Part shown: piece after piece, positions 12,811 to 25,724 of the stretch
Position numbering within the stretch: the first letter of the stretch is position 1
How the letters are laid out: the number at the start of each line of letters is the position of its first letter
Made by a program: the position numbers and the translations under genes
Assembly (NCBI RefSeq): GCF_006345805.1
Contig: NC_043018.1
Span: forward strand, 11,966,001-12,030,000
Direction of reading: 5' to 3'
Length of the DNA stretch: 64,000 nt
DNA from: Octopus sinensis
Lineage: Eukaryota
The notes under the pieces: model-generated
The model's database searches: none
Told to the model about the DNA's origin: nothing
What the model saw: only the letters and a program-made list of their open reading frames with translations

Positions 12811-12858
<48 letters not shown>

Positions 12859-13479
12859 GGATATTAAATATCGAAGAAATAAGGTAAAAGATAGTAAATA
12901 ATTGTGAGTCACATTTGATCGACTGACACCTCATGTTGATTCTGTCTGAGAATTACATTAATGGTAACAAATATCCATGGAACACTCAACCAATTTTATG
13001 TTAACTCAGCATGTTGAACAACTGGAATACTCATTGTTCAAACTGACAAAGAAACCATTAACTTTACATTTATTCTGTTAGAAGCATTCAGTTCAGGTCT
13101 TTGATTAGAGGAGACCTTCTTACCACTGTCCCTATGTTGGAGGTACTGAAAATAGATGAAGAGTGCTGCCCTTCTTCCTTTTGACTAAACCATTGAAAAA
13201 AAAATCTTTCTGGTAATGTGGGGAACAAAGGCAATACAGAATGTGTATTATACTGAATTAAGGAAATACAATGTCTACAGTTGATTTTTGGTGCAAGAAC
13301 TTATTCACTCAGTCACTACAAGCAGGTCAAAGAATCTGTGGTTTATATCAAGTCATTTCAGGTTGCGCTTTGTATACTGTCAAGAAAATATAAAAAATAA
13401 CTTTTGCTGGCCTGATCCACATAACTTGTAAAATATGTACAACAACAACCACAACAAATCAACAATTATCATCTTCATT

Positions 13480-13975
13480 ATCAATTAATGTCTGTTTTCC
13501 ATACTGGCATGGGTTGGATGGTTTGACTGAAAACTGGTAAGCTGGGGAACTGCACCAGATTCCAATTTGATTTCTATGGCTGGATGCCCTTCCTAACGCC
13601 AGCCACTCCAAGAGCGTAGTAAATGCTTTTTATGTGCCACTAGCATGGCACTGGCAATAGCCATGACTACAATTTCACTTGGCTTGACAGGTCTTCTCAA
13701 GCATGGCATATTGCCCAATGTTTGAAGGGTGCTTTTTAGGTGCTACCACCATGGGTGCTAGTTATGTGTCACAGGCATCAGCCACGACCGCAATTTCACT
13801 TGGCTTGACAGGTCTTCTCAAGCATGGCATATTGCCCAACGTTTGAAGGGTACATTTTACATGCTACTGGCATGAGTGCCGGTTGTGCATCGGCCACAAC
13901 CACAATTTCACTTGGTTTGATGGGTCTTCTCAGGCAAGGCACATCACCAAAGGTCTCAGTCACTTGTCTCAAACA
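13480..13975 (-). mobile_element. RTE-family 3' UTR/tail fragment with internal tandem units
   Basis: ggatgcccttcctaacgcc core shared with the 3' end of the RTE at 2052-3672. Confidence 0.8.
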
Positions 13976-14500
13976 GTCTGTCTCATATTAAATTAATCAT
14001 ACAAAAAACAAAAACAATCCATGGACTGTTCTGAGTCATCTCCAGCAAAACTGATTCAGGAGTCACCCTGAGTAGCCTCTAATGAAAGTGATCTCTAGAT
14101 CAACCCAAGTGACCACTAAAAGTGATCTCCAATTAAAGTGATGCACAGGGCAACCCAAGAAACTTCCAACAAGAGAGAAATTCTCCTCCCAAATTAAACA
14201 GAAGGCTGAAAAAACAATAAAGAATTTATTGCATATTTACCAGCCTACTAGAAACAGAATCCACATCTACTTCAAGTTACACCCTTCAAAAACTGAAAGC
14301 ACACATTGAAGAAAATGTAGCCCTCAATAAAAAAAAAATATAAAATGACTGAAATGCATTTGATCATAAGTTGCTTGTTCAACCAGGTCTGTCCTCAGGT
14401 CAAAACAACAATAATTACAGCTAAACACAGAACTGAAGAAAGAAATTACATAAGATTAAGAACCGATGAAAATCTAAGTAAAAAATCAGACAAAACTTAC

Positions 14501-14677
14501 ATTATCCTTGTCATGGGACTGCACAAGCACCACAGGGGAGTTTATAGGCAAAACTTCAGTGATGTTTACCTCAGAAGGTGTGTTTATGATAAGAGGTGGA
14601 TAACTGTTGCCTCTCAGAATATTAACTAACAGGAGACTTTTATCAAATGTATCTTTCTCTCTATTCTTCTTGAAAGC
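14501..14677 (-). CDS. Cadherin-repeat protein, coding exon 11 (EC3-EC4)
   Basis: taatttcag|GCTTTC...GATAAT|gtaagt; 177 nt, phase 0-0; AFKKNRE...LLVNILRGNSYPPLI...ITEVLPINSPVVLVQSHDKDN. Confidence 0.9.
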
Positions 14678-14814
14678 CTGAAATTAGGAAGAAATTAATT
14701 TTTATTAATTACTATTTAAAAGAAATCCTTATTATTATTTACATTACAAAAGGAATCACCATAATAATGATAATAATGATTATGGATAAGGAAAAGTGAA
14801 GCTACTTATCGAGC

Positions 14815-15075
14815 CATCATGCCCATTTGACTCCAGGATCACAAAGAAAAAGGAAGGATAAAAAGTACATTCCCTTAAAGTTTGAAATACGAAGAATTTG
14901 GAGCATGCAAACAGTAAAGGTTGTGCCTATAATAATTGGCATGTTGGGAACAGTAAGCAAGATATAGACAAATAGCTGAAGGAGATTGAAATAGAATGCC
15001 TGGTAGAGCTTCTACCGAAAGTCTGTCTCTTAAGGGACAGCAAGGATTGCCAGGAGGATTCTAAGCACTTGAAAG
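14815..15075 (+). mobile_element. R4/Dong-like REL C-terminal fragment
   Basis: CPFDSRI...LKFEIRRIW...VVPIIIGMLG...GTARIARRILS, with frameshifts. Confidence 0.75.
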
Positions 15076-15269
15076 ACTACTGAAAACTTGAGGTTTTTGG
15101 CAGTACCCTGCTGCCACCATAAATCCTACCAGGAATAAGACCAAACCAAAACAATAGTTTAAATATATCATTTAAATGTTGCAATAAGTTCCTTTCCTTC
15201 TCTATAAAATACTACTATCGTCATCGTCATCGTCGCCGCCGTCGTCGTCGTCATAACCAGTTTACACCT

Positions 15270-15650
15270 TTTTGGAGATCCATGCTTATGTGCACTGTGA
15301 GCTGCTTCTTCATTTTCCTGCTTATGTCCTTCAGCTACATCCTTTCCCAATTCAAGAAATCCTGCTCCATGCCTTATTAATGATACTGTCCTCAGACTGA
15401 CTGCTTGTATGATGGTGTCTGCATTCAATTATGATTTTTTGTCTTTATTCTGGAAAAATATTTTATACTGAGGGCATCCTTCATTTCTATACTTTTTGAG
15501 TTTGTTAGTTTTCAGTATTCCCAGTTTTTTCTACGTTAATAATTTTATACTTTCATCATTAGATAGATCTATTCCAGTACTTTTTACAGGTTTTCCATAT
15601 ACTTCTATCATAGCACATTTTTCAATTCTGAAAATCAATCTAACACCAAT
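15270..15650 (-). mobile_element. R4/Dong-like RT thumb fragment
   Basis: EKCAMIEV.GKPV...LGIL...NADTIIQAV...SLIRHGAGF resembles the R4-clade post-RT segment. Confidence 0.65.
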
Positions 15651-16399
15651 TCAAGATGAGAAAGTATGATAACTAGGTGAAAGTAGTAAGGAGTAGTACC
15701 ATTGCACAGTAAAGGCAGTGGAAGCTGGCACACAGGGGTTTGTCACAGTGCCTATGCAGCATCTAACTACTAGGCCAGCTTGAAATCAAGAGTCACAAAA
15801 GAATAGTGACAATGAAACATGTGTGAGAGACAAGTGAGAAAAGCGCTCAGTGTGGTCCTGGCTGGAAAGGAATGACAGATGGGACGACACAGCAAATGAC
15901 TAAACATGAGAGGAAAGAAACTCAGTGAACTGAGGGTGGTCTGTGTGGCTGAGCAATAAGCTCACACAAATGTTTTGAGTTCAAGCTCCACTGGAGGTGG
16001 CATTTAACTAACAAGAGGACACCTAGGATCACTACCTAAGTGGTCTCAGCTCCCGTAGAATGTCAGGAACTAACAGGTTGAAACATTTGTTTGACAAGAA
16101 TTCTTCCTTTGAAGATTTCTCCTGCTGTCCGCTTCTTCTGTAGATAAAGCTATAAATGATAGCACGTAAATGTGCTAAAACCCCTTGGACTGAAAAAGTA
16201 AAAGGCTACCTATAGGATAGGAACCCACATATCCTGTAACCATGACAACTGTTATACAAGGCAACCCTTTTAATTTCTCCATCCATTTTAGAAGCTTTGT
16301 GCTTAAGAGGGAGGATTGTATGTTTTTCGTGTCAAGAATTTAGAAATTTCAAGCAACATAAAATGATTATTCTTATGGTGGAATGTAAAATAAATCGAT

Positions 16400-16720
16400 G
16401 AATTGCATGTTGCCTCAGTGATGAATGACAAGGACGTCAACGTGACTGGTAACTACAACAGACATTTTGGGCAGAGTTCCAATAGATTCTATGATGTACA
16501 TGGGCTGGGGTGGGGTTATAGCTTTGGTTCTACAAATACGGAGGTAACATGGCTACTGCAGTTCTGTGATGCAAATTGACTTGATTTGCCAGAAACCAGT
16601 CAGTCACCTGATCACCTATCAAGCTGGTGGACACATAAACCAAATTGAGTAGATTCTCACCAGAAAATGGGATAAAAAGATGCTTGTGAATGTGAAGTCG
16701 TTCCGAAGAGTAAAACGTAC
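16400..16720 (+). mobile_element. RTE AP-endonuclease fragment
   Basis: LLQFCDAN...KPVSHLITYQAGGHINQIE*IL. Confidence 0.75.
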
Positions 16721-17212
16721 AACCTATCATTGCCATTCCCATCCCTTCGCTCTTTATTTTCCTTTTTGTTTCATAAGTTATCTCTCCATTTCCTTGACTG
16801 CCCTACCTCATCCTTTACACCACCATCTACAATTATTCTCAATACCCTCTCATATCTGTCATCAATGCCCCAGCTCCTGCTTGCCACCCATTATATCCAT
16901 TATATTCACCTCTCTCTCTCCAGTCAGGGAATGGGGGCTTCTTTATATATTGTAAGTTACTTGATGACCTCACTAGTGCTGGAGCTGTGGGAAAAGAGCA
17001 CAGATTAAACTAAGAAGGACATCCAGCAGTTCGAGTACTGCCGAAGCAAATACAGACACTCAGCACAGTCCTTCGATTAATCGGATCTTATCAAACCATC
17101 CAATTCATGACAACAGGAAAACAGACATTAAAAGATGATGATGATGATGATGGTGATATCAAGTGAAGGTGCATGGATGCATTTTCATACTTTTATAGGC
17201 TGGTTCACTTAC

Positions 17213-17355
17213 CTTCAATGTTACTGTGAAGTTTTGATGGTCTTTCCTTGACACTGCCTTTTCGATGACCAGTTTTCTAGCCACATTGTCAAAACGAAAA
17301 TAGTCAAAGAACGATGTTGGTAATGCTGGAATATAATAAGAATACTTCATTAGAA
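17213..17355 (-). CDS. Cadherin-repeat protein, coding exon 10 (EC3)
   Basis: ttccctgctgcag|TTCTAATG...TTGAAG|gtaagt; 143 nt, phase 1-0; FDYFRFDNVARKLVIEKAVSRKDHQNFTVTLK. Confidence 0.88.
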
Positions 17356-18079
17356 CTGCAGCAGGGAATGTAGAAAATAATAATAATTATAACAATGCCA
17401 ATCAACCAAAATGCTAGACTTTGCCAAAACAAAAATATTATGCCCAAAACATTCACAAGAAAAAGACTAAGATGTCATCAAAATTATAGCTTACCAAAAA
17501 TTAGATTCTTTTCCGTAAAAACACATATATACTAAAAGATTCAGATCCCAAAATACTTCCAGCTCTAAGAAGCCATGAAAGTTTAAAGAAAGTACAATGA
17601 GACTGAAATTAAAAGAAAGAACTACAGAAATGGTAAAAAAAAAACCCCTTTTTTACCTCTTTCTCTCCACCTTTTTCTCTTCTCTACAGTCCTTGTAAAA
17701 ACTCAGCACGACTGAACTTTTTATAATGTACATTTGTTATGATCATCACCAAACATTTACATTTACTATCTCAGCCTGTGAAACTCATTAAAATTTCTAT
17801 GAACTTTTGAACATTTGACTGTTTAAACATGTTTGTTCAATTTTGACCTTGTAACTTTAAGCTCTCCTAAACCCCTTTTTGTTATATATTTGTATCATTG
17901 ATAAGCAAAAAAATTGCTGAAACTAGTTTGGTATGTGAATAAATCTATTTAAAAACAACCACATGTTTTTTTTAGATTCAGGTGCATTTTCAAACCCCAA
18001 AACAAATTCCCCTATATTTTTACCTGTATGGGAATACACTTTTGCTTTCCATTATTCTTTTATTCTTTTACTTGTTTCA

Positions 18080-18293
18080 AGGCGGCAAGCTGGCAGAAAC
18101 ATTAGCACGCCAGGTGAAATGCTTAGCAGTATTTCATCTGTCTTTACATTCTGAGTTCAAATTCAGCCAAACTCGGCTTTGCCTTTCATCCTTCCAAGGG
18201 TCAATAAATTAAGTACCAGTTGCGTACTGAGGTCAATCTAATCGACTGGCCCCCTCCCCCAAAATTTCAGGCCTTGTGCCTAGAGGAGAAAAG
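18080..18293 (+). mobile_element. tRNA-type SINE, family B, with an 18-bp target-site duplication
   Basis: A-box-like tggcagaaacattagc, B-box-like gagttcaaattc; flanking direct repeat attcttttacttgtttca at 18062-18079 and 18294-18311. Confidence 0.85.
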
Positions 18294-18975
18294 ATTCTTT
18301 TACTTGTTTCACTGCAACCAGGACTTATCCTGGTACCTGATATACTCCTCTGCAACTGCCACTCTTCAAGTCCTTCCAGGCATGTTTCTTTGCTCCAATG
18401 ACTGGACTATACTGTTCCACCCCCCCTATCACCTTAGGTTTGGCTGGGACTTTACACCAACCAAAATCGTTGCCATACATGCAAACATGTTCTTTATGGC
18501 CATGCCCCTCTCTTCACAATGTCCCCTGTCAAAACTCTACGACAACCTATCTTCTCAACACCCCTTTAAATGAACACCACTCACTGCATGAGGATGAGCA
18601 ACTTGACTGCTGCACTCCTTTTTTTAGCACATACATCAACATCTCACATACACAACACACGCATATACATACCCATCTATACCCAAATGCACCTAGGTAC
18701 ATATATAATCAAATACACTCACAAAAACACTTTTTCTACCCACACATGTATCCATGACACAAACACATATATCTCTGGTGACACATGCATGCTCTTCACA
18801 CATACAAACACACACACACACATACACACATACACAAACACACACACACACACATACACACACACACACACACACAAACCTACATGTACCTACAAGTACA
18901 CTTACAGCATTCACATTCACACATTTATATACTTACACACACTCATAGACTAAAAATGTTGGGATTTGAACTTAC

Positions 18976-19072
18976 CATCCTCAAGCATATAGACAACATC
19001 TTCAGTACTGCCTACCTCCAGATCTGTAACATCTGGTTGTGGAAATATCCCAACTTCCCCAGTTTTGGTATA
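18976..19072 (-). CDS. Cadherin-repeat protein, coding exon 9 (EC3)
   Basis: ctttttcccccag|TATACC...GAGGATG|gtaagt; 97 nt, phase 0-1; YTKTGEVGIFPQPDVTDLEVGSTEDVVYMLED. Confidence 0.88.
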
Positions 19073-19657
19073 CTGGGGGAAAAAGACAAATCATAACAGA
19101 ATTATAAGTAATATAATGATGAGGAGTAAAATTAAAAATACATAAATAGCTGCAGCAGTAATAACAATAACAATAATAATCATTTGTTTATTTGTCATTT
19201 GGCCAATAAATGAAAGGACACTACAAAGACAAGTTACAAAAACATAACGACTTATACAATATCAATTTTTTAAAAAGTCGAGGCAAACAATAGTACACAA
19301 ATAGGGTTTAATGAGATACCTCAGTGTAGGGACAGTCATCCTAAGATCAATCAATAAACCCCATTGATCTAGGATTACAATGGCTATCAAGAGCAGATGC
19401 CCTCTATCGGCTGTAATCCCTGGCTTATGCTGAGAGTAGACCCATTCTCATGTAGTCTCATCTAACATGGATGTGGGTCGCCCACATTGTTAAGAGGAAC
19501 ACTTGAAAATTTGTGAACTTTCAACATGAAACTGTCAGTAGCATAGCTAATTCACAAATAAGAAATATAGTTATCCACCAAATGCAGCGTTGAGCACTCC
19601 TTTCCACTGTTCAACACTATTGTATGCATGTGTGTGTGTGTGTTTGTATGTATGTAT

Positions 19658-19689
<32 letters not shown>

Positions 19690-19695
19690 ATATAT

Positions 19696-19742
<47 letters not shown>

Positions 19743-19746
<4 letters not shown>

Positions 19747-20750
19747 TCATCATCATCTTTTAATGTCTGCTCTCCATGCTGGCATGGTTTGGACAGTTTG
19801 ACTGAGGCCTAGCAAGCCAGAAGGCTGCACCTGTCTCCAATCTCACCTGGAAAAGTTTCTACAGCCAGATGCCCTTCCTAACACCAACCACTTCGAGAGT
19901 ATAGTGGGTGCTTTTACATGCCACCGGCATGAGGGCCAGTCAGGCGGTACTGGCATTGGCCATGCTCAAATGGTGCTTTTTACATACCACCTGCACAAGA
20001 GCCAGTTCGGCGGCACTGGCAATGACCATGCTCAAATAGTGCTTTTTTATGTGCCAGCACGGAGCCAGTCAGTGGCCCTGGCAACGATCACGCTTGAATG
20101 GTGCTTCTAACATTCCACTGGCATTAGTGCCAATCAGGTGGTACTGTCATTGGCCACAACAGCGATTTCACTTGCCTCAACAGGTCTCCGCAAGCATAGT
20201 TTATTGTCCAATGATTGAAGGGTACTCTTAAATGGGCTGGTTATACAGCACTGGCATAGTCCATGAGGTTATGGTCTCACTTGGCTTGCCGGGTCTTCTC
20301 AAGCACAGCATATCTCCAAAGGTCTTGGTCATTTCTCATTGCCTTGGTGAGGCCCAATGTTTGAAGGTCGTGTTTCACCACTTTATCCCAGGTCTTCCTG
20401 GGTCTACCTCTTCCGCAGGCTCCCTCAACTGCTAGGGTGTGACACTTTTAAACACAGCTGTCCTCATCCATTTGCAACACATGACCATACCAGCACAGAC
20501 ATCTCTCTTGCACACCACTTTTCTCTCAGGACACTTACACTCTGTTATGTATGCACACTGACATTACACATCCAGTGGAGCATACTGGCTTCATTCCTTG
20601 TGAGCTTACGCATGTCCTCAGCAGTCACGGCTCATGTTTCACTGCCATGTAGCATAGCTGTTCACACACATGCGTCATACAGTCTACCTTTTATTCTGAG
20701 CAAGAGCCCTTTGTCACCAGCAGAGGTAGGAGCAATATCAAAAGAAGGCT
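19743..20750 (-). mobile_element. RTE LINE 3' portion
   Basis: (TCA)n tail, conserved 3' UTR, and a minus-strand RT C-terminus homologous to 2900-3300. Confidence 0.85.
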
Positions 20751-20899
20751 AACCGGGAAGATAGTTTTTGTGTGTGGCAAATGCTCAGGAGCAATAAACA
20801 CTGAAAACATGCAGAGAACAGCTTCTATCACATTAGTTTTGGTACTTCAAAATATGATGTATTTTTGCCTTTTATATTGTTTTGAATTTCTTTGGATTT

Positions 20900-21350
20900 A
20901 TGAACTTTTGGTAATCCATAAAAATTGCTGGTTTACATTTCAAAGTTAGTTAAGTAACTGATTTCCTTTAGTGTGAGGTTATTTTGGTGTTTTGTTGTCA
21001 GTTTACCTATTTTAATCATTGAATTTTTTTTTCTTCACATTTGTTGATTTTCCTGTAAAATCTTTCGTCAGGATCATATCTTTGTAGTGATTTTTGTCCA
21101 CAATGACAATTGCTCCACCTTTGTCAGCTTCTTTTATGATTATTGAGGAGTCTTTTCGTAGTTTGTTTAGTGCTAAAAGTTAGTCTGTAGAGATGTTGCA
21201 TTTGTGTTTTGTCACTGCAATATTTGACTGTGCCAATCATCATAGGTAGGTTATGTATCCTTCCAGGTGTCTGTCTCTATTTAGCAGGGGTTCGAAATTC
21301 GTTTTGTTTTTTACTAGTGACTCCTCCTCATATTCTCCTAGATGTATTCT
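20900..21350 (-). mobile_element. Penelope-like RT N-terminal fragment
   Basis: Minus frame ALNKLRKDSSIIIKEADKGGAIVIVDK, the PLE ADKG motif. Confidence 0.8.
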
Positions 21351-21370
21351 ATACCTTGCAAAAATTCCCC

Positions 21371-21450
<80 letters not shown>

Positions 21451-22239
21451 GGAGTTAAACGCAGGTGTTATTCAAATTCTTTTACTTCCGACATATGTTT
21501 TGAAGATATCACTGGTATTATTCCAAAGGAATAAAATGGTGTCCTATGGTCAGCCTTCTCCGCTTTATCCCATGTCTTCCTGGGTTCCCTTTTCCATAAG
21601 TTCCAGCTATGTTAAGCAATTGGCACTTCTTTGTATAGCTGCCCTCATCCATACATATCCATCCCAGTACAGTTTTCTTTCTTGTACACAACATCTGATG
21701 TCTCCTATACCCACATTTTCATTCAGCAGTTATGTACAAAGTCTTTTATGCACACTCACATTATCTTTACGTTTTATTGAAACTGATTTGCAATTCATGC
21801 ACACACTCACACACACTCACACACACTCACACACACTCACATGTGCACTATTACTTTCATAAGATCTCTGTAAGATTTTTGAAATATTTGTCCAAATGAC
21901 TGAAATGTGTGTTATAGAAGAAATTTTGAAGAATAATTGCAGCATGGAAGGTGTTTATAAGCCATTTAAGAAACACACACAAAAAAAAAAAAACGTTAGA
22001 TTCACTTCAACATTTAAATTTAATTTGTCAAAAGATTTTCGTCACTTTCAGACCGCAACCTGTTCACTGACAAAACTCCATGCTGCATCTTAAATGGCTT
22101 ATAAGCACCTTCCACGCTGCAATTGTTTTCATTCCAGCACACGATCTCAGATCAGGTCACTTGCTATGCAAGTACATCTCCATAATTTTGAAAAATAGTT
22201 TTTGAAAAACAAGACTCCGAAGGGAAATAATTATAAATG

Positions 22240-22790
22240 GTGGTGAATCAACACCGAAATTATCTGATATGCGAAGCTACAGCAAGAAATTCATGAGACA
22301 ATTTCAAGTTAATTTGCATGAAAAGAAAAAATGTTTAACTGGTAGTGCTATGCTTAATAATTTATTCTGTTGGCCATGCTTGTTGTTTTGTTTAGAAAAA
22401 AAAACTGTTTGGAATGATAAAGGTTATGATGATTTAAATAATTTATGTATGGCTATGCTAAAACATCTATGTTCTCAAAAGCATATAAAATCCTTGATGG
22501 ATCTTAAAACATTTGGGAATGTTCACATAGACTTACAATTAGATGCATGTAAAAGAACAGAGCATACAACATCATAATGAGGAAGTCAGGCGGAACAGAC
22601 CCATTCTGCAACAATTGATCGATGTAGTTATTTTTTTAGGTCATCAGGAATTATCATTTCAGGGTCATTTTGAATCTGAAGAATCTAATAATCATGGAAA
22701 TTATAAAGAATTCTTATAGTTAATCAGTAAATATGACAAAAAATTGGCAAGCCATCTAGATACAGCTTCTATCTTCTCCAGTCTCTCACT
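22240..22790 (+). mobile_element. hAT transposase N-terminal remnant (TTF zinc finger/ZMYM1-like region)
   Basis: LFCWPCLLF...W...G...KHLCSQKH...NEEVRRNRPILQQLID...FLGHQELSFQGH.ES..S.NHGNYKE. Confidence 0.85.
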
Positions 22791-23160
22791 CGAGCGGCCG
22801 GTTCTGATACTTACTGAACTCAATACACTGAAAGACATTGACGCGCACACACACACACACATTGAAACATACACACAAATATAAACACACACACACATTG
22901 AAAGGTGTGCGTGCGTGTGTTTGTGTATAAATCATTTTATATAAATAATTTTCTTTTATATTCTTTCAAATTTTCTTTCATCGTTAGGGAAGTGTAATTT
23001 ACATTTCTTCGTTTTCTCCTTGCATGTTGCAATATTTCACATCTTTGCTACTCCCAACAAATGAAAAAAAATGCTAGGTTTTTGTTTATATATATATATA
23101 TATGTATGTATATCTATATACACATAGGAAATGGATTGAAAAATGTTTTAAAAGACTTAC

Positions 23161-23289
23161 CTCTTTGACTTGAGCAAAGTAGATTTTGTTATTGAATTTC
23201 ACACCTTCATCATTAGAATTTTGAACATTTATATACAAAAGTGTATTTGTTGTGAAGGGGTCAGGACACTGAACATACCTTCCGCAATC
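23161..23289 (-). CDS. Cadherin-repeat protein, coding exon 8 (EC2-EC3)
   Basis: tattatttcag|GATTGC...AAAGAG|gtaagt; 129 nt, phase 0-0; DCGRYVQCPDPFTTNTLLYINVQNSNDEGVKFNNKIYFAQVKE. Confidence 0.92.
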
Positions 23290-23388
23290 CTGAAATAATA
23301 CAAAGTATGAGCAGAGTTTCATTAAGGAAGATGTGTAAAGTAAATAAACATAAACATTTTCATCATCTTGTTTTAGTTTAGGTTTTAA

Positions 23389-23609
23389 CCCTTTCATTAC
23401 AAACCCGGCCAAAACTGGCTCTGGCTCTATAGTACAAATGTCTTGTTTTCATAAGTTTTGAATTAAAATCTTCCTCCAAACCTTAGTCACAATTTATGTT
23501 CCTAACACTAGCTGAATGACAACTGAGTTATTTTAATAAATTCTTTGTTATATTTAAAGTAATTGAAAGAAACACAGAGCATCTCAAAATAAATACAGTA
23601 ATGAAAGGG
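23389..23609. mobile_element. piggyBac-type MITE (221 bp)
   Basis: TTAA|ccctttcattac ... gtaatgaaaggg|TTAA: perfect 12-bp TIR and TTAA TSD. Confidence 0.92.
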
Positions 23610-24166
23610 TTAATAAGCCCTAGATTGAGAAGACCTATAATCAAATGTATTCAAGTGACGATAACCTAGTCTTTTACTTAAAATGAATCTAAGACTACTT
23701 TACTGATTGTGTCTGTTGTATTTTAAAGAGAAGTGTGTCTGTGTTATACGAGATTTTGCTGTGACCTTAAGCAGTGAAATTATTGCATAGAACAGCCTCT
23801 CGTATGTAACCAGAGACACAAAGGAGAATGCATGATTCACACACACACACACACATACATACATTAGCAACGACCTCGCTCAAATGTTTTTCATGTGCCA
23901 GTAAGACAACACTGGTAACGAACACGCTCGAATGGTGCTTTTTATGTGCCACCGGCATGGGAGCCAGCCAGCGACCCTGGCAACGATCACGCTCGAATGG
24001 TGCTTTTTATGTGCCACTGGCATGGGAGCCAGCCAGCGACCCTGGCAACGATCACACTCGGATAGTACTTTTAACGTTCCACTGACATGGGTGCCAGTCA
24101 CGCGGTGCTATCATTGGCCAAGTCAGTGAATTTGATTTTGATATATATACATACATATATATATAA

Positions 24167-24573
24167 GCGCAGGAGTGGCTGTGTGGTAAGTAGCTTGCTA
24201 ACCAACCTCATGGTTCCGGGTTCAGTCCCACTGCGTGGCATCATGGGCAAGTGTCTTCTGCTTTAGCCCCGGGCCGACCAATGCCTTGTGAGTGGATTTG
24301 GTAGACGGAAACTGAAAGAAGCCTGTCGTATATATGTATATATATATATGTATGTGTATGTTTGTGTGTCTGTGTTTGTTCCCCTAGCATTGCTTGACAA
24401 CCGGTGCTGGTGTGTTTACATCCCCATCACTTAGCGGTTCGGCAAAAAGAGACCGATAGAATAAGTACTGGGCTTACAAAAAGAATAAGTCCCGGGGTCG
24501 AGTTGCTCGACTAAAGGCGGTGCTCCAGCATGGCCACAGTCAAATGACTGAAACAAGTAAAAGAGTAAAAGAA
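24167..24573 (+). mobile_element. tRNA-derived SINE, family A, full length (resembles octopus CORE-type SINEs)
   Basis: A box tggctgtgtggt, B box ggttcagtccc, CORE-like ggcaagtgtctt, internal (TA/TG)n, tail gtaaaagag. Confidence 0.9.
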
Positions 24574-24810
24574 TATATGTATATAATCACACACATACAT
24601 ACACACACACACACACAAATATATATACATACATACATATATATATATACATATATATATCAGGTCATTAAGAATGGAATGTCTGATTTTCTTCTGCTCC
24701 AAGTTTGAAAGTCGTTAACTCTAATGTTTTATCCTGACAATTCTTTGTTTTACAACACTGAAGAGTTACCTTTGTGGTCAAAGGGAGACAATCCTTTATT
24801 GTTGACAGGG

Positions 24811-25079
24811 CAGTGGTTCTCAAACTTCTTTGGGCTGCCACCCTCTTCACACCCAAGCTACATTCCTAGCACGCCCACCCCAACTAACCAGACTTTTTTC
24901 TGTATTTGACAAATGAAATATAACCTATTATTTTGTTGTTTTTATATGAATTGCTACCCCTTTATTGCCCCACTTTTTACATGAATCACTGCCCCATTAT
25001 CACCCCACTTTTCTTCAATGCCCCCTTGGAACTTCCACCACCCTCAGAGGGGCAATACCACCCACTTCGGGAACCACTG
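24811..25079. mobile_element. hAT (Charlie-like) MITE
   Basis: Termini cagtggttctcaaac ... cttcgggaaccactg; no TSD recognised. Confidence 0.7.
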
Positions 25080-25286
25080 ACATAGAGTAACGAAGCTTTT
25101 TCTTTCTCCATGTTATAGAGAGGCCATAGGCCAACAGATTTTTGGGGTCTGTAAAAATCCTGTAAAGCTAAGCACTTTATGGATATGAAACCCAGAGTAA
25201 CCCTTTAACCAGCCATATCTATCTATATACTCTACTAATCTATAACTTAGAGTGTGCTTCTCTTTTGGATTTATGATTTACTAAAG

Positions 25287-25351
<65 letters not shown>

Positions 25352-25513
25352 TAATGGGCTTCTTTCAGTTTTTGTTTAACAAATTCATTTACAAGGCTTT
25401 GTCTAACTCAGTGCTATAGTATAAGGCATTTCCCCAAGGTGATGCACAGTAGTACTGAACCCAAGACCACATGGTTGGGAAGCAAGCCTCTTAAGCACAC
25501 AGCCATGATTGCA
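25352..25513 (-). mobile_element. SINE family A, 5' half, diverged
   Basis: Reverse-complement similarity to 24167-24330. Confidence 0.8.
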
Positions 25514-25724
25514 CCTGGTGTCTATAGGTTAAGAATTAGAGGATGCATTTTCTTCTTCTAATGATGAAGTATGAATACATTGCAAGTCCCTATTGACAGA
25601 CAACTTCTGTGTAATCACTAAACCTGCAAGAAATTGCTGCAAAATCTCTCTCAACTTGTATATCCTACTGTCTTAAAAAGTAAGACACACAGGACAATGT
25701 GGATTCACACAACAATATTAAGTA

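Noticed and set aside
13113-13134. 22-nt AG/GT-bounded candidate microexon on the minus strand
   Set aside because: It is frameshifting, and exons 11 and 12 already join in frame into a complete EC repeat.
24167-24245. tRNA gene at the SINE heads (also 39503)
   Set aside because: A and B boxes are present, but the heads continue into SINE bodies found in many copies and no full cloverleaf was supported.
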